Positions 9,005-17,925 of a stretch of DNA of 52,110 nt are shown in pieces. How positions within the stretch are numbered: position 1 is the stretch's first letter; each line of letters opens with the position of its first letter. Source of the DNA: a virus (lineage: Duplodnaviria; Caudoviricetes); the IMG/VR virus record IMGVR_UViG_3300047409_000613, positions 1 to 52,110 of that record; one strand, given 5' to 3'. Both the position numbers and the translations under genes were made by a program. The notes under the pieces are model-generated. The model was not told the DNA's origin and did no database searches. It saw nothing but the letters and a program-made list of their open reading frames with translations.

Positions 9005-9220
9005 ATGTCCTCGTCGACCCGCTGCTACACCGTCGCCGAACTCCTCGAGAAGCTCCAGCTCGCGCGCTCCACCTTCGACCAATTGAAGGGCGCCGGGCAA
9101 CTCCCCTTTCTCGAGGAGCTCCGCCCTCGCATTGGCCGCAAGCTCCGCTTCCGCGCGGACCTGGTCGATCGCTATCTCGAAGGGCGCCCCGTCATCCAGC
9201 CGGTCGCCAAGCGCGCCTGA
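9005..9220 (+). CDS. Excisionase-like HTH protein
   Basis: YTVAELLEKLQLARSTF...RIGRKLRFRADLVDRYL; AGGAGG SD. Confidence 0.75.
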   Translation: MSSSTRCYTVAELLEKLQLARSTFDQLKGAGQLPFLEELRPRIGRKLRFRADLVDRYLEGRPVIQPVAKRA

Positions 9221-9225
9221 CCCCC

Positions 9226-9522
9226 ATGCTGACGATCCATCTCTTCACGCGGGCGGGCGACGAGATCCACACGGCGCGGATCCCGGCGCCGCCGCACGAC
9301 GACATGCCGGACGTGATCGTCTGGGGCGCGCGGCTGTTCGTAGTCCCCGACATCAACGGTCCCTCGATCATCACCCTGACGGACGGCGCGTACGTCGAGG
9401 CGCTCGTCTTCCAGCTCCCAGCTTCCAGCTGTCAGCCGACCGGGGCCGTCTACAACGCGACCGGCGGCGATCTGACGCCACCGCCGTGGCCGGCTGATCC
9501 TCGCGTGGGGGCCCGACGGTGA
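9226..9522 (+). CDS. Hypothetical protein
   Basis: PDVIVWGARLF; ORF in the early operon. Confidence 0.5.
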   Translation: MLTIHLFTRAGDEIHTARIPAPPHDDMPDVIVWGARLFVVPDINGPSIITLTDGAYVEALVFQLPASSCQPTGAVYNATGGDLTPPPWPADPRVGARR

Positions 9523-9680
9523 CGCCGCTGGCCGCCTCGATCCTCGGGTATTTCCTCGGCCTGGCCACGGGCGCCTTCCTCGTCGCGATCGTGCTGGTCA
9601 TGCGCGGCGGGCGGGACGTGCGCGACCACGATCGGCGCCGGGATGATCAGGCGCCGACGATCAAGAGGCGGGACTGGTGA
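9519..9680 (+). CDS. Small membrane protein
   Basis: GTG start overlaps the upstream stop; one transmembrane helix. Confidence 0.45.
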   Translation: MTPLAASILGYFLGLATGAFLVAIVLVMRGGRDVRDHDRRRDDQAPTIKRRDW

Positions 9681-9952
9681 GGAAGCGGGTCATGACGGTC
9701 GTGGCGACGTGGCTGGCCGTCACCGCGCTGTTGATCGCGTCGCTTCGCGGCTACTACGGCCAGGAGAAACCCGTCCGCGAGACGCGCATGTGGAAGATCG
9801 CCGACAACGTGAACGGCGCGCGGGTCGCGGTGATTGACACCGAGGGTGTGTGTCTCTACGTCGTGACGGGCGAGGTCTACGCGCAAGGCACCGTGCCGGC
9901 GGTCGCGGCCGTGCCGAAGACGCAGCTGCCAAAAGGAACGGGCTGCCAATGA
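9677..9952 (+). CDS. Small membrane/exported protein
   Basis: N-terminal hydrophobic helix. Confidence 0.5.
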   Translation: MRKRVMTVVATWLAVTALLIASLRGYYGQEKPVRETRMWKIADNVNGARVAVIDTEGVCLYVVTGEVYAQGTVPAVAAVPKTQLPKGTGCQ

Positions 9953-9955
9953 CGC

Positions 9956-10365
9956 CGCCGGCCGGCAAGTCGGTGATTTCAGAACGGGGATAGCCGAGGC
10001 ACGAGCCGCGAGCGCGGGAACGGACAAGACAGGGCGCCGTCCCGCGTGATGACCGGTGTGAGGCTAGGGCGCGAACGATGTCCCCCCATGGGACAGCCCG
10101 GGTACGTGAGAAGGGCTGATCGGCCTCCATGGTGACGCAGAGGGTACGGCCTCGCTGACGCGTCGGTGCCCAGGTGGAGCGGGTGCCACAAAAGATCGGC
10201 CGTCGGTTCGCCGCTCGCCCGGATGTGAGTAGGCCGAGAACGCCAGCGTGAGGTGGGGACAACAGCAGGGCCCTGCGAGGCGTGACTGCCGGGGGAGAGA
10301 CCCGGCGCGGAAACAAGTCGGGGCTCGCCGACCGCTGGCACGGTGACGAGCCCCCTCCCTGGCTA
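9956..10365 (+). ncRNA. Candidate large structured non-coding RNA
   Basis: ~410-nt gap in an otherwise tightly coupled operon; many nested helices and end-to-end pairing. Strand assumed from the operon. Confidence 0.55.
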
Positions 10366-10366
10366 A

Positions 10367-10834
10367 GTGGAGATTGCCGTGCTGCTGCAGTTTACCAAAG
10401 CGATGCGCATTGAGGAATCCCCCCACCGGACCCACGCCCGGACAGCGGTCGCCCTGGCGCACGCGGACGTCGAGCGCGCCGCGCTGCTGGCACGCCTCAC
10501 GGAGTTCCTGGACGTCGAGCTCGGCGAGCTGGTCCAGTCCGCGGGGCTCGCCGGCGCGATCCTTCGCCTGGTCGATGAGATCCGCGCGGAGCGGCCGCCG
10601 ACGCCGTTCGAGATCGCGCACGTCGCTCACGCGCGGACGCTGCAGCTCGCGCGGAGCCGCGTCCGGTGTCACGCGGTCGCGAACGGGCACACGCTCGGCG
10701 TGTGGCGGACGGATCCGGCACGCCCCGGCTGCGAAGAGGCGCGTTGTACGCGCTGCGGCGCCGCCGCGGCGATCCCTCTTGGGACGGCGCGCGAGCACCT
10801 GGCCGACGCGCTCCTGCGCGGGTGCGAGCGGTAG
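10367..10834 (+). CDS. Hypothetical protein with C-terminal Cys/His motif
   Basis: GHTLGVW...ARCTRCG. Confidence 0.5.
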   Translation: MEIAVLLQFTKAMRIEESPHRTHARTAVALAHADVERAALLARLTEFLDVELGELVQSAGLAGAILRLVDEIRAERPPTPFEIAHVAHARTLQLARSRVRCHAVANGHTLGVWRTDPARPGCEEARCTRCGAAAAIPLGTAREHLADALLRGCER

Positions 10835-11185
10835 ATGCCGACGACCGCCCCGAGCCGTGACGTCGTCGCGACGCGCGCCGCGGAACGGCGCCGCCGTCAA
10901 CACCGGGCGCTGCTGCGCACGCTCGGCCCGCTGGTGCTGCGCTGTCGCGCGTTCCTCGTCCGCGACCAGGGCAAGGCCGCTGACCTGGTCCGCGACGTCC
11001 TGCGGGCGCTCCTGCGCGTGTTGGGGCCCACGCCGGGCGTCTGCCGGGTCTGCGCCTGCAGCGAGCTGGACCCGTGTGACGTCAATCGGACCGGCGTCGC
11101 CTGCAGCTGGGCCGACGCGTCGCAGACGTTGTGCACCGCGCCGGCGTGTCGCCACCAGGCGTCGCTCGAGGACATCCGATCATGA
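10835..11185 (+). CDS. Zn-finger hypothetical protein
   Basis: CRVCACSELDPC...CSW...LCT motif. Confidence 0.55.
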   Translation: MPTTAPSRDVVATRAAERRRRQHRALLRTLGPLVLRCRAFLVRDQGKAADLVRDVLRALLRVLGPTPGVCRVCACSELDPCDVNRTGVACSWADASQTLCTAPACRHQASLEDIRS

Positions 11186-11541
11186 GGCCCGGCGCCGAGC
11201 GGATGGATACGTCGGGGTTCCACCACGGCCTGCGCGTGCGCATGGGCGCCCGCGGTCCCAAAGGCATGTTGCTGCGGTGCGAGCGGCGGGACGGCACCGG
11301 GTTCTACTGGAAGGTCCGCCTCAACACCGGCGAGTGGGTCTGGCCTGAAGGCCTGATCCTCGAGGGCCCGGGCACGCGCGTCGGCGTCTGCGAGCAGTGC
11401 GCGCTGCCGTTCATGACGGACCAGACCGGCGACGGGCTGTTGTGCCCGCGCTGCGACGAAGAGATCCACGGCACGCGCGCCCGCGCGGCCGACCCGACCC
11501 CCCCGCGCCGCCAGTGGGATGTGCGGCGCCGCCACCGCTAA
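11182..11541 (+). CDS. Zn-ribbon hypothetical protein
   Basis: CEQC...CPRC. Confidence 0.55.
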   Translation: MRPGAERMDTSGFHHGLRVRMGARGPKGMLLRCERRDGTGFYWKVRLNTGEWVWPEGLILEGPGTRVGVCEQCALPFMTDQTGDGLLCPRCDEEIHGTRARAADPTPPRRQWDVRRRHR

Positions 11542-11565
11542 CAACTAGGAAGGACACGTTCCACT

Positions 11566-12501
11566 ATGAGCACCGACACCGTCATCGACGACGCGCCGCC
11601 CATCGACGCGCTGCAGCTGCGTCGCCCCGATACGCCCGTCACGCTCAGCGAGCTCGCCGCGCTCAAGGGCGAGGCGATGGAAGTCATCGAGGCGCGCGTC
11701 CAGATCATCGAGACGCTGCGCAAGGCCGCCATTCGCATGACGAGCCCGGAGGACTGGCTGCTGTTCAAGTCGCCCGAGGAACAGGGCGGGCAGACCGTCG
11801 GGTATCTCCAGGACGCCGGCGCGGACCGCGTGCGCGACCTGTGGGGCATCGAGGTCTTCGGCGTGTCGATCCCGGAGAAGGTCGTCGGGAACGATCCGGC
11901 CGTCTTCCACTACCTGATTCGCGGGTCCGGCCGCTGCAAGCTGACGCGGCAGGTCATCGAGGAGGTCGAGGGCGGGCGCTCGTCGACCGACGACTTCTGT
12001 AAAGGCAAGACCGGGCTCGAGCTCGAGCTCGCGGTCCGCAAGGCCGCGCGCGCCAACCTGGACGGCGGCATCACGCGCGAGCTCGCCGGCATGAAGTCGG
12101 TCCCGATCGCCGACCTCGAGGCCGCCTGGGTCGGCACGCCGAAGAAGATCGAACACTGCCGGCGCGGCCGGGGCTTCGGCACGCGCGACGAACGCGTCGG
12201 CGGCGCGTCCGCGAAGGCGCCGGACGTCGAGCCGCCGGTGTGCCCGCACTGCCAGAGCAAGGGCGTGTACCGGCCGGCGAAGGACAACCGGAAGGCGTTC
12301 TACGGCTGCCCGCAGTACTCGAAACACCCAACCCAGAAGTTCATCATCGACGCGGAGAAGTGGGTCGCGGAGCACCAGGCGAAGCCGGCGGCCGCCGCGA
12401 CGCCAGCAAACGGCCAGGCGCCCGCCGGGAAGACCACGTCGCCGAGCGCCAACGAAATCTTCGGCGGGCCGCGCGATCGTGAACCGGGAGAAGAAGGGTG
12501 A
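11566..12501 (+). CDS. Putative recombination/ssDNA-annealing protein with Zn ribbon
   Basis: CPHC...FYGCPQY ribbon; lies directly upstream of the exonuclease. Function inferred from context. Confidence 0.5.
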   Translation: MSTDTVIDDAPPIDALQLRRPDTPVTLSELAALKGEAMEVIEARVQIIETLRKAAIRMTSPEDWLLFKSPEEQGGQTVGYLQDAGADRVRDLWGIEVFGVSIPEKVVGNDPAVFHYLIRGSGRCKLTRQVIEEVEGGRSSTDDFCKGKTGLELELAVRKAARANLDGGITRELAGMKSVPIADLEAAWVGTPKKIEHCRRGRGFGTRDERVGGASAKAPDVEPPVCPHCQSKGVYRPAKDNRKAFYGCPQYSKHPTQKFIIDAEKWVAEHQAKPAAAATPANGQAPAGKTTSPSANEIFGGPRDREPGEEG

Positions 12502-13511
12502 GCGGCGAGATCGCCCCGGCGCTCGCGCCGAGTGACATCGCGGCCACCGTCGAGAAGGCCTGGCAGGCGTTCCTGCTCGCCGATCGCCGGGCGCCGAACG
12601 CGCACCCGACGCACGTCTACGCCTCGGCCTGGCGCGTCTGCGAGCGCCGCATGGTGTACGAGGCCACCGTCCCCGAACAGCAGCCGCCCTTCGACGCGTT
12701 CACGCTCGCGCGGTTCCGGCGCGGCAACGATCGCGAGCGGGACCTGCTCGCCGATCTCTCACGGATCGGCCGCAACGCCGAGCCCGCGTTCTCCATCATC
12801 GGGCAGCAGGACCAGTTCAAGGTGCGCGACCGCAAGGGCCGCTACGTGATTAGCGGGAAGGTTGACGCGTTCCTGGCGATCGGTAACATGCGCGCGCCGC
12901 TCGAGGTGAAGGCCTGGTCGCCGCTGCTTGTCGATCGCATCGAGACGTTCGCGGATCTCTTCGACAGCCCCTGGACGCGCAGCGGCGCGCACCAGCTGAT
13001 CTCGTACTTGTACGGCCACGCGGATCCCGTCGGGTTCATGGTGCTCGATCGCAGCGGCATCCCGAAGCTGCTCCCGGTCGTCCTCGACGAGCACCTCGAC
13101 AAGATGGAGGAGTTCCTCACAAAGGCCGAACGCGTCGTCGATCACGCCCAGGCGGGCACGCTCCCTGGGTTCCTCGAGGGCGACGCGGCGGAGTGCAAGC
13201 GCTGCCCGTTCTTCGGGGGCGTGTGTCAGCCGCCGCTCGACGCCGTCGGCGCGCAGCTGCTGAACGACCCCGAGCTCGAGGCCGCGCTCGAGCGGCGCGA
13301 AGCCCTGAAGGCCGCCGGTTACGAGTTCCTCGATCTCGACAAGGAGATTAAGGCGCGGCTGCGCGGCTGCGAGAGCGGCATCGCGGGCAAGTTCCAGATC
13401 ACCGGCACCTGGGGGAAGAGCTCGCACCTGGAGCTGCCGGCCGCGCTCAAGAAGCAGTACACGGTTTCGGATCCGAAAGGCAAGTTCACCCTCGACATCA
13501 CCCGGTTGTAG
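12498..13511 (+). CDS. Cas4-like PD-(D/E)XK exonuclease
   Basis: N-terminal C, GKVD, LEVK, HQLISY and CKRCPFFGGVC. Confidence 0.8.
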   Translation: MSGEIAPALAPSDIAATVEKAWQAFLLADRRAPNAHPTHVYASAWRVCERRMVYEATVPEQQPPFDAFTLARFRRGNDRERDLLADLSRIGRNAEPAFSIIGQQDQFKVRDRKGRYVISGKVDAFLAIGNMRAPLEVKAWSPLLVDRIETFADLFDSPWTRSGAHQLISYLYGHADPVGFMVLDRSGIPKLLPVVLDEHLDKMEEFLTKAERVVDHAQAGTLPGFLEGDAAECKRCPFFGGVCQPPLDAVGAQLLNDPELEAALERREALKAAGYEFLDLDKEIKARLRGCESGIAGKFQITGTWGKSSHLELPAALKKQYTVSDPKGKFTLDITRL

Positions 13512-13519
13512 GAGATCCC

Positions 13520-13705
13520 GTGGCCACAAAGAAGAATCCCGCGGACGCGGCCGTCGCGTTTTTCGAGACGGCGCCGATCGACGTCGCCGTGCAGGTCCTC
13601 GCGATCTGTAAGGGCATCGTGCAGCGCCGGTCGCCGAAGGTGAAGTCTCCGCGCGCCAGCACGAGGACCGCGGCCACGTCCGCGCAGGACGTCGCGACCC
13701 GGTGA
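13520..13705 (+). CDS. Hypothetical protein
   Basis: AGGAG SD; short ORF. Confidence 0.5.
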   Translation: MATKKNPADAAVAFFETAPIDVAVQVLAICKGIVQRRSPKVKSPRASTRTAATSAQDVATR

Positions 13706-13719
13706 CCCACCGGTGACTA

Positions 13720-14133
13720 ATGGCCTCGTCGTCCGATCGTCCGCCGCCCCTGCAGTTGCCGTACTACCCGAAGTACGTCGACGACTGGCTGTCGTCGCTG
13801 ACGATCGCGGGGTTAACGCTCGAGCAGGAGGGCGCGTACGACCGACTCTTGATGCACCAATGGAAGTCGCCCGACTGCTCGCTGCCGGACTCGGACCAGA
13901 CGCTCGCGCAGTACTCGCGACTCGGGGCCCGCTGGCGGAAAGTGGGCCGGCCGATCATCGACGCGTGTTTCGTCGCGATCGAGGGCGGGCGACTCCGCAA
14001 CGAGAAGCTGTACCAGCTCTGGCTGGACGCGCAGGACAAGAGCGTCAAAGCCCGCGCCGCCGCCGACGCGCGATGGACGAAAGTCCGGCAGGGCCGGCTG
14101 CCGATGTCGTCCAACGGTGGGGACAATTCGTGA
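13720..14133 (+). CDS. DUF1376/YdaU-family replication protein
   Basis: YPKYVDDWL...LTLEQEGAYDRLL...W...LP...LRNEKL. Confidence 0.8.
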   Translation: MASSSDRPPPLQLPYYPKYVDDWLSSLTIAGLTLEQEGAYDRLLMHQWKSPDCSLPDSDQTLAQYSRLGARWRKVGRPIIDACFVAIEGGRLRNEKLYQLWLDAQDKSVKARAAADARWTKVRQGRLPMSSNGGDNS

Positions 14134-14143
14134 CAGGTGTCGC

Positions 14144-14255
14144 ATGCGGACGCATATGCGGACGCATCTGCGAACGCACCCGCCGAGCATGGCTAGATCA
14201 CCGATCTGGGCATGCTCCAGCGATGCAAGTACGTAAGTACAAAGTACTTAAGTAC
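14144..14255. repeat. Putative origin 1: iterons plus AT-rich repeats
   Basis: ATGCGGACGCAT x2 plus CTGCGAACGCAC (14144-14179); AAGTAC x4 (14227-14255). Confidence 0.65.
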
Positions 14256-14378
14256 CACCGTACGGGTTCTTCGTACGTCCGTTCTTCTCTTCCTCCGTGT
14301 ACCCAGATCCGAGAATTAGAGCACCGGCGCTGGCGCGCCGGGACACCCACACGATTCACGAGAGACCGGGGGTTCCCT

Positions 14379-14864
14379 ATGCGAACGCCGGTGGCTTTTC
14401 CGCTGCTCTGCGTTATCGCGAAGGAGCAGCTCCTCGCGGAGCCGTCGATCGACAACGGGGAATGGGCGGAGCGGATCAAGGTTCGCCTGGTCCGGTTGCG
14501 GTTGGGCTACCCGGATCCCCCGCATCGGCTGACCGACGCGATGGACGCGGTGGAGCACGCGCTGGCGAAGGAAGGCCGGCCACGGCCCCTGCCGCGTCGA
14601 CTGGGCCCAGCGCCGCCGCCGGCCGACGTCCGTCCGCTCAGCCACGACGAGGCCCGGCGCGCCCTCGCCTTTGTCGGCGGGCTCGGCCTGGTGAAGACCA
14701 TGCCGAAGCCTCGCGCGATCACCCGTCGCGTGGTCGACCTTCACGCGCAGTCGCGGATGGTCGCGGCTGCGATCGTTGCGTCCGTCGAACGGTGCGAAGC
14801 ACTCGAGCGCGCGGCCGCCGACGCCGCTGCCGTCGTGCCCGATCCCGTGGAGCCCGGCGCATGA
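14379..14864 (+). CDS. Hypothetical replication-region protein
   Basis: Helical ORF between the origin and RusA. Confidence 0.55.
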   Translation: MRTPVAFPLLCVIAKEQLLAEPSIDNGEWAERIKVRLVRLRLGYPDPPHRLTDAMDAVEHALAKEGRPRPLPRRLGPAPPPADVRPLSHDEARRALAFVGGLGLVKTMPKPRAITRRVVDLHAQSRMVAAAIVASVERCEALERAAADAAAVVPDPVEPGA

Positions 14865-15388
14865 CGCTCACGATGGCGCGTCGCCGGGTGTCGTTCGAGG
14901 TCCTCGGCGCGGCCGAGACGAAGGGATCCGCGAAGGCGTTCGTCCCGAAGAAATGGGCGGACGAGGCGCACCGCGCCGGCAAAGCGCCGCGGGCGATCGT
15001 CACGAACGACAACCCCAGCGCTAAGGCCTGGGAGCAACGCATCGCCACCGAGGCCCAGAAGGTCGCCGGCGATGGGCTCTTCGTCGGCCCCGTCGTGCTG
15101 CTCGTGACGTTCCACCTGCCGCGGCCGAAGTCGCTGCCGAAGCGCGTCCTCCACCACACGACGCGGCCTGACTGCGACAAGGCGGCGCGGTGCGTGCTCG
15201 ACGCGCTCACCGGCGTGCTCTACCACGACGACGGGCAGATCACGGAGTTGCACGTGCGGAAGGCCTTCGCCGCGACCGCGACGGCGCCGCGCGCCGTCAT
15301 CACCGTCGCCGCGGCGGCGGACCCCGACCCGATGCAGCACGTGCTCACCGTCGACGAGGCGCGCGATCTCTTCTCCATGGAGGCGTAA
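14861..15388 (+). CDS. rusA: RusA-family Holliday junction resolvase
   Basis: KGS...RPDCDKAARCVLDALTGVLYHDDGQI. Confidence 0.88.
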   Translation: MTLTMARRRVSFEVLGAAETKGSAKAFVPKKWADEAHRAGKAPRAIVTNDNPSAKAWEQRIATEAQKVAGDGLFVGPVVLLVTFHLPRPKSLPKRVLHHTTRPDCDKAARCVLDALTGVLYHDDGQITELHVRKAFAATATAPRAVITVAAAADPDPMQHVLTVDEARDLFSMEA

Positions 15389-15643
15389 ATGGCGTTCGAT
15401 GTGACCGAAACAGAAGCCGCCGAGGAGAGCGCGATCGACGCGCATTTCGAACAATGGCCCGAAGGCTGCCCAGACGGGTGCCGGCACTGCGCGTCGCGTC
15501 TGCGCGATCGGTGCGGCGACGTCGACGGGCACATGTGGCCGGCGACCTTCGATTACGGCGACACCTGCTACTGCGGCGCCCTGTATCTGCTGCGGGATCC
15601 CGGGGGCCGCGTGCGAGTCACGACGGCGCCGACGTCGACGTAG
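15389..15643 (+). CDS. Cys-rich hypothetical protein
   Basis: CRHC and CYCG. Confidence 0.5.
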   Translation: MAFDVTETEAAEESAIDAHFEQWPEGCPDGCRHCASRLRDRCGDVDGHMWPATFDYGDTCYCGALYLLRDPGGRVRVTTAPTST

Positions 15644-15651
15644 CCCCCAGG

Positions 15652-15678
15652 GAAACTGCATTTTAGAAATGCATTTTC
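15652..15678. promoter_or_regulatory. AT-rich inverted repeat (putative operator)
   Basis: GAAACTGCATTT-TAG-AAATGCATTTTC, intergenic. Confidence 0.5.
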
Positions 15679-15700
15679 GGAAGATCGATCTCAGGAGAGT

Positions 15701-16357
15701 GTGATGGCGAGAAAATCCCACGGCCCGAAACCCCGACGTGTCAGCTACGAGCTCGTCCCGCGCGACAGCGTCGTCGGCTTCCCGATGTACAGCCTGCTCG
15801 ACGAGCTCGTCTACGCGCACCACGACGATCTCCGGGTCGCGCGGATCGCGCTCGCCTGGTGCACGTCCTGGCAACCCGACCTTGATGGCCGCCTCCGGCT
15901 CGGCCAGTGCAAGCGCGCGTCCGACCTCGATCGCGAGCTCGCGGCGTTCGACTTCGTCATCCTGCTGCGCCGCGCCTTCTGGAAGAACGAGCACGTGACG
16001 GACCTGCAGCGGCGCGCGCTGCTCGACCACGAGCTCTGTCACGGGGCCCGGGCGCAGGACAAGCACGGCGATCCGGTCGTCGACGAGCGCGGCCGTCCGG
16101 TGTGGCGCACGCGGCGCCATAACGTCGAGGAGTTCACGGAAGTCGTCGAACGCCACGGCATGTGGACCGCCGACCTGGAACGCGTCGCGGTCGCGCTCCG
16201 GCGCCAGGCCGCGGGGCCCTTCCAGCCGTGCGTGACCTGCCAGGCGACGCCGGGCTGGGTGCCCACGGCCGACGGGCGCGCCGTCACGCGCTGCGCGTGC
16301 TGGGTGAGTTGGGCGGCGCAGCGCGAGGATCTGCGCGCGGATCAAGCGACGGCGTGA
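15701..16357 (+). CDS. Putative phage metallopeptidase
   Basis: ALLDHELCH (HExxH) and HNVEEF..VVERHG. Confidence 0.8.
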   Translation: MMARKSHGPKPRRVSYELVPRDSVVGFPMYSLLDELVYAHHDDLRVARIALAWCTSWQPDLDGRLRLGQCKRASDLDRELAAFDFVILLRRAFWKNEHVTDLQRRALLDHELCHGARAQDKHGDPVVDERGRPVWRTRRHNVEEFTEVVERHGMWTADLERVAVALRRQAAGPFQPCVTCQATPGWVPTADGRAVTRCACWVSWAAQREDLRADQATA

Positions 16358-16617
16358 GCAACATGCGCTGCCGATGCTGCGGAATCCGGTGGGCCCAGCA
16401 GGCCGGCCTCTGTCGGACCTGCCAGGCGCTCCCCGGCGATCAGCGCCGGGACGCGGAGCGCGAGCGCGACCGGCGGCGCGGGGTTGACCGGCCGGTGCTC
16501 CATGTGCAGCACGACCCGACGCCGACCCCGCTGCGCACGCTCACGGTGCGCGGGGTCGACTACGACGTGCTGTGGGACGGCTCCGACGGCTCCGCCGTGG
16601 GGCAGCGCTATCTATGA
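16354..16617 (+). CDS. Small Zn-finger protein
   Basis: CRCC...CRTC. Confidence 0.45.
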   Translation: MSNMRCRCCGIRWAQQAGLCRTCQALPGDQRRDAERERDRRRGVDRPVLHVQHDPTPTPLRTLTVRGVDYDVLWDGSDGSAVGQRYL

Positions 16618-16793
16618 CCGAGGCGCGCGTTCAGCAGCTCGCGCAGACGACGTCGCGCGCCCTGCTGCAGGTCTACGTGCGACAAGCGGAGGCCTGCGCG
16701 GCGCGGGGCTGTGCGGCGTGCCGCGAAGAGGCCGCGAACTATCGGGAGGCGTTCCGCCGCGTGCTCGAGCGCGACGCGCGGCAGTCCACGTGA
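16614..16793 (+). CDS. Hypothetical protein
   Basis: Coupled short ORF with CAAC. Confidence 0.45.
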   Translation: MTEARVQQLAQTTSRALLQVYVRQAEACAARGCAACREEAANYREAFRRVLERDARQST

Positions 16794-16915
16794 TCATCTT
16801 CGCCGCGGACGATCCGCTTGTCCTCAACGGCACCTACGACCGCGAAGGCTACAAACCCGGGGAACGCGCACGGATCGCAAAAGCCCGCACCCTACAGACG
16901 AAAGGATCAGTCCCG

Positions 16916-17287
16916 ATGGCGAAGAAGACGACGAAGACGAAGGACACCAAGCCGGCGCGCCCAGGCCGCCCGCGCCAGGCCGATCTCCCCGGGACCGAGG
17001 ACCGCGCGATCAAAGCGCTCGAGGACGCGGCGACCGTGTACGCCTAGATTCGCGATCAGCGCATCGAGCTCAACGTCGACGAGGCGAAGCTGAAAGCCTC
17101 GTTGCTCGCGTTGATGCACAAGCACGGGAAGACGATCTACGCGCGCGACGGGATCACAATCACGATCATCCCGGAGGCGGAGTCCGTGAAGGTGAAGGTC
17201 CGCAAGCCGGGCGACGACGACGAAGACGACAAGATCGAGAACCTCAAGGGCGAGGAACTGCGGCCCGGTGTGCGCGCGGAGCACTGA
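16916..17287 (+). pseudogene. Phage protein interrupted by an in-frame TAG (17045-17047)
   Basis: AAAGGA SD and ATG; helical pattern continues across the stop (LEDAATVYA*IRDQRIELN). Confidence 0.65.
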
Positions 17288-17292
17288 TCGCC

Positions 17293-17925
17293 ATGACGAC
17301 ACATCCTGCGGGGGGGGCGACCACAATGAGCAGCAGCGCCGCGGCCGCCGATCGCCCGGGCCTGATCTACACGCGCTGTCGCGTCTGCACCTGCGCGCTC
17401 GGCCTCGACGACGACCGCACGCGCGGCGTCTGCGTCGATTGCGCGAATCGACCGGAGGGCAAGCGGCTCCTCGCGCGCGCGGTCGCACCCGGCGTCACGC
17501 CGACGGCCGCGCCGTCCAAGACGGCGGCGCCAACGGCCCCGCCGATCGCAGTCGCCGCGCCGCCGCCGGCGCAGGAGCGCCCCTTCTCGCCGGCGGAGAA
17601 GTCGCTCATCCGGCACATGCACCACGTCCTGCCCCCGGCGGACCTGTTGCGCGTGCTGAACGATCGGCTGCAGGCCGACGTCGGGCCCGGCGTGCCGCTC
17701 TGGACGCTCGAGCAGGTGCACGCCGAAACGACGACGCTGCAGCGGACGAGCGGCGCGAGCGATTGGGAGGGGCTGCGCCAGATCGTCCGCCTCGCGCGGC
17801 ACGGCGGCGTCCTCGATTCAATCACGGCCGAGGTGATCAACGACTTCGCCATGGTGTTCCAGCTCTCGTCGGCGCAGCTCATGACTCTGCGCGACGTCAT
17901 CCGCAGCGCAAAGGAGTCCGCATGA
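17293..17925 (+). CDS. Hypothetical protein with N-terminal Zn finger
   Basis: CRVC...CVDC, Pro/Ala linker, helical C-domain. Confidence 0.65.
   Translation: MTTHPAGGATTMSSSAAAADRPGLIYTRCRVCTCALGLDDDRTRGVCVDCANRPEGKRLLARAVAPGVTPTAAPSKTAAPTAPPIAVAAPPPAQERPFSPAEKSLIRHMHHVLPPADLLRVLNDRLQADVGPGVPLWTLEQVHAETTTLQRTSGASDWEGLRQIVRLARHGGVLDSITAEVINDFAMVFQLSSAQLMTLRDVIRSAKESA

Noticed and set aside
10320-10354. Group II intron domain V, retron or DGR element
   Set aside because: The hairpin lacks the DV catalytic triad pattern, and no reverse transcriptase or TR/VR pair is evident.
12498-13511. CRISPR-Cas system
   Set aside because: Solo Cas4-like nuclease; I saw no cas1/cas2 or repeat-spacer array.
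14119-14128. GGGACAA here and at about 10256 as extra integrase arm sites
   Set aside because: Single partial matches far from att; expected by chance.
17045-17047. Genome-wide TAG recoding
   Set aside because: int, the nuclease, the decoration gene and MCP end normally at TAG, and no suppressor tRNA is present.
17310-17317. G8 tract as a phase-variation switch
   Set aside because: Short, and an in-frame ATG just downstream would bypass it.
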